Shown: positions 54,191-64,000 of the stretch, piece after piece | How the letters are laid out: each line of letters opens with the position of its first letter | How positions within the stretch are numbered: the first letter of the stretch is position 1 | The notes under the pieces: generated by a model | Database searches by the model: none | What the model saw: the letters and a program-made list of their open reading frames with translations, nothing else | Told to the model about the DNA's origin: nothing | NCBI GenBank assembly: GCA_012026655.1 | Contig: JAAILG010000451.1 | Coordinates: forward strand, 1-64,000 | DNA: 64,000 nt | DNA from: Hydrolagus affinis | Taxonomy: Eukaryota | Direction of reading: 5' to 3' | Position numbers and translations under genes: made by a program

Positions 54191-57100
54191 GAAGTGTATT
54201 AACTGTACATTTTGTGGGTAGATAATTGCGCACATCAGTGACCCACAAGCAGTGACCAAATTGAGTGACCAAATTATTATTATTATTATTTTGATTTAGC
54301 AGACTATCATGGACAAGAAAATGTGTATCAATGGATAGGAACAAAGTCACTGCAATACCTTGCAGCTGCTTAGTGATGATTTACATGTAGTTTGTGACAC
54401 CAGCAGCATTGCCAAACCAGAGGAAAAACAATTGTCATAGCCACAGTTCTGCCACAATCCTATTCTAGGTAGAGTTTCCCTTCAGCTCTTGACTACTCGA
54501 ACCAATTAGCAATTCAAGACATGAAATACTTTCACAGAAGGGATGGTTGACAGCTGCTGAGACAACCTCATCATCTTACGTTTGGTCATTTTGCCTTTAC
54601 AGTCAATTCCAAGACAGCCAGGCAGAAATCCTAAGGAAACACCTGTCAACATGTAGAACCTATATAAATCATCAAATCCTCTTACCTACCCTGGCAGCAA
54701 CAAGATCAAGTACAAGCAGCAAAGCAAATTAAATACAAAATCAAAATGAATCCAAATGTGCCCCATATATTAAGCATTCTTTCATAAACATTTTTGTAAG
54801 GAATAGCTTTGACAAGCACCGAAGGACTATATTGTTATTTACAATAAAGACTGAAATCCCTTCCTCCCATTAAATAATTCAGCATTCCTGAGTTGTTGTT
54901 GTGCAATTAAATAAATTGTTCTTAAATTGTGCGGTCATGTTGTCAATGCCTGTAGATGACAATCGCCAGACGTGTTGCTGGATCAATTGAGATGTTTAAA
55001 AGAGCGAGAGGGGGAAGAGAGAGAGGAATTACTTAACAACAACAACAACAACAACAACTTTGATTTATATAGCTCCCTCCACGCCGGACGGTGTCTCGGA
55101 GTGCTTAAGGCATAGAAGTGGGTTTCAAAATAAAGCTGTCAGGGTGAATAGTCTGCTCCTCTGCCATGTTTCTAAGTAAAAGATCACTGACACACGAGAG
55201 CACATTAGCAATAGTTTGTAATACAGCGTTTCAAACAAAATAAGGTACGTTGTCACTGCCGCCAAAGTGGAAAATTACCTAAGTGCCATTGTGCCTCTTT
55301 TTACACATAAAGGTTATTACACTCATCCTGAGGACTTTAATGCCGCCATCAGTCAAATGAAGAAAATGTGTTTGGAGGTAATCGAATAATTCTAGCAACA
55401 AATATTGAAGTGGTGTACCTGTGTTACTACTAAAAAATTGAAAAGTCAAAGTGTATGCTGCTACTAATACAACGAAACTAGGAGGCAACTTAGCCCAAAG
55501 CAAAGAAACCGTTCGTTCAGGTTGAAAATACAGGTTTAATCGATCATTCTTTTAGCTCTCTGTCAACTTATACAGATTCATCCATGGATACGTAAGGCAA
55601 TTAAAATGTTATTAACATAGGGTTGCCACAATGGTCAAGTTGGTCATCTTCACTCATAGACTGAGTTGGCAGCTGGATAGTGACCTGATAGACCTAATCC
55701 GCTCATCTTCTCAGGTTTTAAAAGAAAAATTCAACCAAATGAAAAATAAAAATATAATAGGTTTGAGAGGAAAGGGACAATATAAATATTGTTCAAATAG
55801 ATTCCAGCTACTAATTAATAATAATCCTTGCATTTGATCAATCACAATTAGTTATCAATAACAAGCAGGTCAGCCATATCATATATAATTGCTGCGTGTT
55901 AAATTGAAGTCAGCGCATTCCCTATGTATTTGATGGGCAGTATTGCGAACAACATCAGGAAGGCAGATCGCTATTATACTAATTGAGGTACTCCAAGCTC
56001 TTTCAGGTTGTTCCAATCACGTAAAAAATACCACAAATAGCTTTTACCTTCTCAACCCTCTTTCATGAAAATAATGAGAATATTAGATTACAAACGGTTA
56101 GGACTGAGTAAAGTCTGGTCTCTGCAGGTTAAGTTAGTAACGTGGTATTGCTTCATCGTGTTTACAGGCTTTCTAGAAGAGGTTTGAATCCTGGGATAAA
56201 TAAATCCTGGACTGAACCAGATTGTTGAGTTCCAGGTACTGTTATGCTTTGGTGTTGTCTTATTGTTCTAATTTAACAGTGTCTTCTTCATTGACCACAG
56301 TAACTTTCGTCAAAGAAATACGAATTGCATTCAGCACTAATAAATCCTACCTAAAGAAAAAGTGCTATTAAATGGTTTTGTCTTGCTTATTTTTGCATCG
56401 ACTCAGGTACTATTCAATGTTCACCAAAGCACACTTAAAGTAGACCATCATAAGGTGCCAATAAAATCAGTTACTCTAATTTACTGTAATATATCATGTG
56501 AAGCATTTTGAGATGCCTTCCCTACACGAAAGGTGGTATATCAAATATAAGGATTAGTATTACTATATTATTATTATCGTTATTAAAGTGACCTCATGAA
56601 CACATCTTGTCAGCATCAAAAACTATTGTGTTCCTGTTCTTTCACTTTGAGAAAAGACAACCAACTGAAGTGATAGACATTCTCTGCTTCCATTGCACCA
56701 CATACCCAGCGCACTGATCCTTTCAAATAGCCCCTAAGCTACATGTAGTTGTAAATTATTCTTATATGCGTTCTAACTAACAAACTTATTTGTTAAACGT
56801 AAACAAAGGCAGAAGCAAGGATTTGTTTCATTTCCATTTCTGTAACGACATTATCAAAAACATAATAATGTTCCATCATCTCTATGGAATGTGTCTAAAT
56901 TCTCACAATTACAGGCCCACTATATTACTTCTTCCTATGGGATTAATCTAAATGTGTTCCAAAAAATCATTACGTAATCAGCCCCAATTTAAATAAGGCT
57001 GACTAGCCTACTGGAAATCATTTCCACTCTATTAGCAGAGTTGATTGACCACTGAACACCAGAGAATATTAGAAGTGCCATATTTGCAATTAGTGAAATA

Positions 57101-57884
57101 TGCTCAGCTCTTGATTCAGCCAATGGGAAAATTGTGATTATACATTATTAAACTTTTATTAATCAAATATCTTACTGGCGAGCGGAAACTTGATTCCAGC
57201 CCCCGCAATGATATCACTCAGTGATGCTCTTTAGTTGTGTTGAGAGTTTGCACTGCGACAGTCGTTATCGCCCGATTTCTCTCGTGGCTCCTCTCGCTCA
57301 GTATATTCTGTGAAGAGCTTTGAAAATTCTCGAACATGTGATAAGGCTCTATATCAAATGCAAGGATTATTATTACAGTATTATGACCCCAGCCTGTGCT
57401 CCAGATTTGAGAGAGCTCAGTGCTGTGTAAAAATGAAAGTGGTCCATTCCTCAGCCCTGATGCTCCTCGTGTTAATGGCCGTGATTACACACAAACCAAT
57501 ACAAAAGCGGAGAAACGCAATTTGAAGGAATGTACTTCATGTTTATTTCACTCACGAGGCGGAGCTGTTGTAGTTGAACGTGAAAATGAATTTTAAAAAA
57601 TCTTGCGTGTTGATTCATTAATAATAATAATCCTTGCATTTGATAAAGCTCTTTTCACATCTTCTGGATGCCTCAATTTACAGGTCTATAAGAGGATATA
57701 TTAAAAGAGATAATAACCCTTCCTGTGAGATGTATTTGCCCGTTGAACATCGCAGAATCCTGTTTTTTTTTCCTACTTAAATTTCCTTCATAAAAAGAGA
57801 GATCACGAGAGTTCATGGTGAAGAAAGCCCTTCAGCCCATTGGATCTAATCAATCCAGATTACCCCACTGGTCTCTTCGTCAGC

Positions 57885-58045
57885 CTGACACTGTGGTAGC
57901 ACTCTCACCTTTGAGTCAGAAGGTTGTGGATTCAGACCCCACATCAGGATTTAGTATCACGTAGTCTAAGATGACACTCCAATGCAGCACTGTGGAGGTG
58001 TGGCATTGTCGGAGGTGCTGTTCTTCGGATGAGGTGCTAAACCAA
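57885..58045 (+). mobile_element. Old DeuSINE (SacSINE/AmnSINE-like) 5' part
   Basis: ggtagcactctcacctttgagtcagaaggttgtgg...gacactccaatgcagcactg...tgtcggaggtgctgttcttcggatgag. Confidence 0.7.
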
Positions 58046-59835
58046 CTTGAATTACATTACAACTGCTCGACATGCTATTTTGGGCCCAAAAAACCACAGA
58101 TCTGGCAAAAATGCAAATAAAATCTATTTAGCACAAGTCCTTCATCTTCCTCCATAGACACAGTAATTATTGATAATGCATTCAGTGTGAGAAGAGTGAA
58201 GTAATGTATTTCATGTACTCTAAATTCAGTTACAATATACTGTATTCAGTTGCAGCATAAAACTCTTTCAGTTCATGTGTAGTTATTGCCACCACACAAG
58301 CTGATTTTGTTTTTAGAATTCCATCAAGCAACCCACGCCAAACACAACGTTGGAAGAGCAGCTTCTCTCATAAGGCAGTTGATTTCTGTTCAGAAGATTT
58401 GTGTTGGAATCCCTATCTAAACTCTACAACACACAATGGGGCATATTGTCTTAGTTTTCAGTTCAGCCTTGTCCATATGGAAATGAAATGCTTTGGTGCG
58501 CAAAAAAAAAACACTGAACACAGCTTTCATTGTCAATAGAACAGCATTGATGGAGTTCATATTGAAATCCACAAGAATGATTATTTCACCCTGCTTCAAA
58601 AAAGGCACCTCATTTTACAGAAAATCCTGTGAAGCATTTTTAGATGATTGACAATGTGGTAAAGCACTATATCAAATTGCTAGGATTATTATTATGTAAA
58701 AAATTCCACCCACACCCAGACACATATAGTCCTTTTTATTTCACAATGCTAATTAAAAGAATTTGTTTCAAATGGCTGGGATCAATAATTTCACCACCTA
58801 CAAAATCACATGTGATATCCAAGCTACAATTCACATATTTAGAGGTCAATATAATACTTCAGCGGTGAAGGACGTTTGTCCAAATCATTGGATAATTCAT
58901 TTTATGACAAACTACTTCACTGTTAGATAATCACATACAGAATACAGTATCGCACAAGTAATGTAATGCCATGGGCTTGAGACAACCGGAAAACACCATA
59001 TCTCACTCTCACTAGCAGAGAGTGAGATACTCTCACTAGTTCTAATCTTTCACTCAAGAAATGTAACATTTCATCCACAAAATATACAGCCCATTCACTT
59101 TACAGTATACTCAGTGAAGCGCTCTGAGACGTCTCGAAGAGATGATAAGGCGCTACATCAAATGCAAGGATTATTATGTGTGAGAATATACAAGTATATT
59201 GTGAAATATACAATGGAGGATTTTAATGGGATCTGGTGGAATGTCACACCTACTTGTGGGAACTCTGCTCTGACAAAGTTCCAAAGATTTCCTGTGAGCC
59301 AATAAAGAACATCACTTTAAACCCTTTTATTTTAGTCCCCAGGCTGACAGTTATAAGAAATCACAGTGGACTGAACGTATAATGCTACACTTTGTAATTG
59401 CAGACAATGATAACTTGCAACATAATAAAGTGGAAATGTAAACTGGCAGACACGCTAAAAGGACATTCAAGAAGCAAATTTGATTAAATTTCTGATGCGT
59501 GTCTTGCTGCTCGTACTTTAATAGAATCTACATTAGTAGATAGCTCAAAACCACAAACAAATTCGATATTGAAATCCGCATTGAAATATGTTTCAAAAGT
59601 TATATTACACTGATATTATATTGAAATAAGATCAGGGAAACACACTTAGCTTGCCAATAAAAATGAAAATATATACTGTACTCAGGACCTTAAAAATCTC
59701 CATGGGACAGCATGTTAAGACACTGTAGAGTGGCAATAAGCTCTTGTTTTACCCAGTGCTTTGGAACGTCCTCCTGACATGAAAGGTGCTATACAGGTGT
59801 AATTTTGTTGTTGATGTAGAGGGAAAAGCATGTAC

Positions 59836-59855
59836 AGTACACCATCTAGTGGTTA
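59836..59855 (-). promoter_or_regulatory. Candidate CTCF-binding motif
   Basis: Minus strand aaCCACTAGATGGTGtac is close to the CCASYAGRKGGCR consensus. Confidence 0.5.
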
Positions 59856-60099
59856 TTTCAAGATTGACATAGAAGTTTGGCAGAAATTGAGCCGCTCAAT
59901 GTATTGTAAGGAGTAAGGGAGAGCTCTAACAAGAGCAGTCTGTCTCTGTAACTTGGGATTTTATCCTCATAAAAGTTATATTTCAGGTGGTTCATTAAAT
60001 AGAAATGCAACCTTTCACCACTGAGCACAGCAGATGATATTAGGAATGCCTACACTAACATTCACATTTTATAGTAATTACTTATAAACCGTTTTCTCC

Positions 60100-60410
60100 A
60101 GCTTGGAATCAGGAGGCGTAGGATAGCAAAGGGATGTTGTAGGTGGGAGGATGACTGAAGGTATGATCTGAGGTCATGAGACGGCCCTTGGAAGGAAGCA
60201 AGGGAGGTGGTGAGGCAAAAGAATTCCAGGACAAAGTTCCAGAGGATGTAGGCAGAAAGGCTGAAGTCCCGACTGCTAATATTGAGGCAGCAGGGAACAT
60301 GGAGCAAGTCACTGACCACTGAGCGGAGCAGGTTAGTAAGGTTTAGCACGTAGCAGAACTAGGGAAGAGCAAGACCGTGGAGGACTTTGAGAGGACGAGG
60401 ATTTCAAGAC
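60100..60410 (-). mobile_element. Degenerate L2 LINE 3' fragment
   Basis: Minus-strand translation RDFSLSAYILWN...TSLASF resembles the L2 ORF2 C-terminus. Confidence 0.6.
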
Positions 60411-60479
60411 CCAACAGAACCATCTTGTGGCAATGATATGCAAGTGCACACTTAAAATAGTTACAATGTTACCAGGTCC

Positions 60480-61003
60480 AAAAGGGTTAAGTTACAAGGA
60501 ATGGCTGCGTAAACCTGGTCTATGTTCCCTTGAGTTTAGGTTGAGGGGTGATGTTTGAGGTATTTAAGAAGAAAAAGGGATGTGATAAGGTAGATACAGA
60601 GAAGCTATTTCTTCTGGTAGGGAATCCAAAACAAGGGAGCAGTCTTACAATTAAAACCAGGCCATTTAAGAGTCAAATCACGAAGCATTTTTTCCACTCA
60701 AAGGTTGGTAGAAATCAGGAATTCTCTTCACCATAAGGTAGTGGACACTGTATCTTTCCACACCTTCAAGTGAGGTTCTTAGATATTTGTTAGGTCAACA
60801 ACAACAAATTACATTTATAGAGCGCCTTTCACGTCGGGAGGACGTCCCAAGGCACTGCACAGTAGGTCAGGGTATTAAGGGATATGGGGAGAAAGTGGGA
60901 AATTGGAATTGATCAGTAGAGGTAAAGATCAGCCATGATCTAATTAAATAGCGGATCAGCTCAAAGGGATAAATGACCTACTCCTGTTCCTATGTTCCTA
61001 ATC
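60480..61003 (+). mobile_element. CR1 LINE 3' fragment with a nested L2-tail insertion
   Basis: ggttgaggggtga...gaggtatttaag...gatcagccatgatct...cctactcctgttcctatgttcct is a typical CR1 end. Confidence 0.8.
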
Positions 61004-61670
61004 TCTTGGCTTTAGCACTCTTATTGCTCCATTTCCAGTTAGATAAAAATGAACTTTCCACTGAAAATGGAATTGTAAATTCAGAACTTTTCAGTTTTCT
61101 TGCTCCTAATGTCAAATCAAGCATAAACCACTTCCACAAGCTCTCTCTTTTTGTCATTAATTCAGTGAGTTGACAAGTTATTGGTCCTTTCTCCTTTGAA
61201 TTATAGCTGTTGAATGAAAACACAAGAGGGAAACTACACTTAAAAAAAAACTTCAGTCATTTGAGATGGTATTGTAGATATTGGTTTTATAAATTCTCAT
61301 GGGTTTTCTAACCAGTCTTTAACCAGTTTCAAAGCTAAACATACAACAAGGGATATCCGAGATAGCCTTCCCTTACTGACATTGAAGATTTATGGAACAT
61401 TTAGCAAGGTCATTTGACAATTAAATTTGTCCAACGGTTTTGGTCTGTCATTGTGAAGCAAAACCATACATCAATATTCTTGCATTGCAGAGGCAGCCAT
61501 CTTACACTTCACAGAAACAAATGTTTGAATAGTGTGAGTTTGATGCACTTGTAAGTGTCAGTTTAAAATATAAAAATATTAAAGGCATCAGTCAGGCAGA
61601 CAATGTGAAGGCAGAACTGGCCTAAACTAATGATGAAACAAGACAATCAAATTGAATACTTTACGAGACA

Positions 61671-61676
61671 TTTATT
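61671..61676 (-). terminator. RPL13 poly(A) signal AATAAA
   Basis: About 30 nt after the stop; short 3'UTR typical of ribosomal protein mRNAs. Confidence 0.75.
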
Positions 61677-61705
61677 GCAAAAGTTCCAGATATAATTTTA
61701 AACTT

Positions 61706-61864
61706 TTATTTTTTCTTCTCAACATCTTGATCAGCTGCTTCCTTGGCTCTCTTTGCCCGTATACCAAACAGACGAGCATTTGCCCGGGCCATACGAAGAG
61801 AGACAAAGGCCATGAACTTCTTTTCATCCTCAGAGATTACACGGGCCTTCTCTTTCTTGTATAT
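61706..61864 (-). CDS. RPL13: RPL13 last coding exon ([16 protein letters not shown]...DVEKKK*)
   Basis: Acceptor ttttcttccag; TAA at 61706-61708; 159 nt. Confidence 0.96.
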   Translation of the reverse strand: MYKKEKARVISEDEKKFMAFVSLRMARANARLFGIRAKRAKEAADQDVEKKK

Positions 61865-64000
61865 CTGGAAGAAAAAAAAATGGTTTGTACAAGATTGTCT
61901 CATATACATGCAACACATTCCTTTTTGCTTTGACCCAAATTGATAATAATAATTGAGATGGGGTTTCTACAAATGGATGGCTAGGCTCTTAATTTTTTGC
62001 TTAATGTGTGACCCATCATAACCCAAACTGGATAACAGGCAAAATTAAACTTTACAAAAACGACACCATTGCCAGCATAGCCATGGGTTGAAAAGTACGT
62101 GAAACTGCTACTGAAGACTCAAGTACATTTTAACACAAAAGACAAGACTTTTTACTCCATTTATTATTGCAGTTTCCCTCAACCAAAGTTTGTAGTTAGT
62201 GCAAGCTCCCTTCACTTTGTCACATGCATTGACAGGCTAGAATGAATTAGCCTTCAAACTTCTGTCAATCTGAGTCAGGTAAGTTTCCCACCAGGCAAAG
62301 AGTCACCCAAAACAGTTTAAACACATGTCAAAAGGTACCTCAATGGACATCTTGATTGTATTTGATCATAAAAATGTGTTTCCCCTGGGACAAACTTCAA
62401 GGATAAACTTTTACTTTAAGCAGCTTTATGGATTTTTTTTTAATTTTTTTTTACGATTCACCTATTTCATAATTTAGTGAGGCTGAGTGTTCGAGAATTA
62501 AGCCATTTTAAAATTGTTACTCACATTCTTGATGGGCATGACTGGTCCGCTCAGCTGAGTCGCCAGCTTCATTTCTTCAGGCTGTGAAAAATAAATAGTA
62601 AACCATTGAAAAGTTCTTCACAGAAACAAAATTACATAAAAATCACTGGACAAGGTTCCAACAATAGTCATTAATGAGGTACAAAGATTCCAGAGATATT
62701 GTCACTGCACTGTGGAGAAGGGCGGATTATCCCTCCCGGAATTAGTTTGTTATTCCTTTCCTATGGCAAAATACAAAGAATTGCCTTAAGAAGTACAGGC
62801 AGAAAATCCCTTCAGCAAATTCTCAGGTACACTTTGCTCAAAGGTTGACCAATGTTATATATGATCCTAATTTTGGGAATTAACATAAATGTGTCTTGCT
62901 CTAGTGCACATTTTCCTACTTTATGCTAGGATATTACATTTATGATTTTCAATGTGACAACTACAGTTCCATCTAATAAATTTGAAAATGGGAATAGAAT
63001 CATTAATCATTTAATTTATTATATTTTAATATCGATTATTATAAATTTGTCCTCATATCAGCATATATCAACTTAGCCCATTGTATGGACATAGAAAACT
63101 CGCATTTACTTTGGTTTTCCAAATATTAAGAGCCACTTTCCTTTAATGTGTACTCCCAATGGCTTAGTTGATAAAACAACCTAACTTGGAAGAGCCAAAC
63201 AAACTCAGAAGATGTCAAGCTCAATCCCATATCAGTGCTGCCAGTTAAGACAATAGCAGCAGTACAATGCACCTCAGTATCCCAGACTACAAATGAAAAT
63301 ACAGCCACGTGGGATTCATTTTGATTTTGATACCCTTAATTGTGGTATGGATTTCTGCATGTGTCAGAAGCACAGCTAACTTAATAAAATAATTAACTTA
63401 ATAAAGTAAACTGGGGTCTCTGATAAGTCTATACCAAGACTAACAAGCGAACTGTGCGAACACTTACAGAAGCATCACCCTTCTTAGGAGCAGAAGCCTT
63501 CTTCGGGAAGACAATGAGTTTGGAGCGGTACTCCTTCAGCCGTTGAGCATTACATTGAATAGTTTCTGTTGACTTGTTGCGTCGTCTATGGTCAACAGCA
63601 ATGCCAATAGTACGTGCTATTTTCTTGTTTATGCCCGCTGCCTAATAACAGCAAATATATATTGTTATGAGGTGAAGACAAGAACCGACTCAAAAGATAG
63701 CAGATAAACGACAGTCATCAGATGGAAAAGGGTTCGACGATAATCATCATTGATTTACAGAGATTCCGGAGAAGTGTCATCACTTGACTGCGGTGAATAT
63801 TTAGATGAATATACATCAATTACTGAAACGTTACTCTATTCAGCAATTTACCAACATGTTGTAATATTACCTTGAGCTCCTCCAAGCTGAAGCCTCGGCC
63901 AGCACGTACTTTAGTGTGATACCTAATAGTAGGACACCTAACAATTGGTCGAAGGGCACCTGCAACTGGGCGTGGAGCAATCCGGCGGGACTTAGCTTGT
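61706..64000 (-). CDS. RPL13: 60S ribosomal protein L13 (eL13), 3' part; gene continues past window end
   Basis: Four in-frame exons translating to ...[38 protein letters not shown] / [24 protein letters not shown]... / [19 protein letters not shown] / IYKKEKARV...[14 protein letters not shown]. Confidence 0.97.
62525..62581 (-). CDS. RPL13: RPL13 coding exon ([19 protein letters not shown])
   Basis: Acceptor ttttcacag, donor GTGAGT; 57 nt. Confidence 0.95.
62643..62710 (-). pseudogene. Degenerate second SNORD68-like copy in the next RPL13 intron
   Basis: gtgcagtgacaatatctctggaatctttgtacctcattaatgactattgttggaaccttgtccagtga aligns by eye with SNORD68; boxes and guides are mutated; ~60 nt upstream of the acceptor. 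Confidence 0.6.
63468..63641 (-). CDS. RPL13: RPL13 coding exon ([13 protein letters not shown]...KKGDAS)
   Basis: Acceptor gttattag, donor GTAAGT; 174 nt. Confidence 0.96.
63712..63790 (-). ncRNA. SNORD68: Box C/D snoRNA SNORD68 (HBII/MBII-202) in RPL13 intron
   Basis: Minus strand reads cagtca-a-GTGATGA-cacttctccggaatc...ATGATGA...cgaacccttttccat-CTGA-tgactg. C, C' and D boxes, 6-bp terminal stem, guides complementary to 18S GAUUCCGGAGA and 28S UGGAGAAGGGUUC. RPL13 is the known host. Confidence 0.92.
63871..64000 (-). CDS. RPL13: RPL13 coding exon (partial; [27 protein letters not shown])
   Basis: Contains the conserved eL13 motif; donor GTAATA. Confidence 0.95.

Noticed and set aside
53459-54259. 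Long ORFs 53520-54113(+), 53459-53848(-) and 53867-54259(-)
   Set aside because: Off-frame or antisense readings of the GC-rich L2 remnant.

Overview
Eukaryotic (vertebrate) genomic DNA, most likely a cartilaginous fish and probably a holocephalan (inferred from the repeat complement). The supplied ORF track is mostly spurious because the genes are spliced. The minus strand carries a complete copine-7 gene (CPNE7): 15 GT-AG coding exons at 6558-34878, 1677 nt / 558 aa, C2A-C2B-vWA, with a probable upstream non-coding exon near 40.2-40.5 kb and a long 3'UTR. Upstream on the same strand is the 3' part of RPL13 (four coding exons, 61706 to beyond 64000), hosting an intact SNORD68. Introns and intergenic DNA are filled with a tRNA-headed SINE with an L2-type tail, plus L2, CR1, RTE, Penelope and older DeuSINE-like remnants. 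Most notable: a 44-bp duplication of a CPNE7 splice acceptor that creates a potential poison isoform, Penelope copies carrying minimal hammerhead-ribozyme motifs, a decayed second SNORD68 copy, a uORF-rich CPNE7 leader, an inverted SINE-tail hairpin in the 3'UTR, and a CTCF motif between the two genes. No clearly novel protein-coding system was found.
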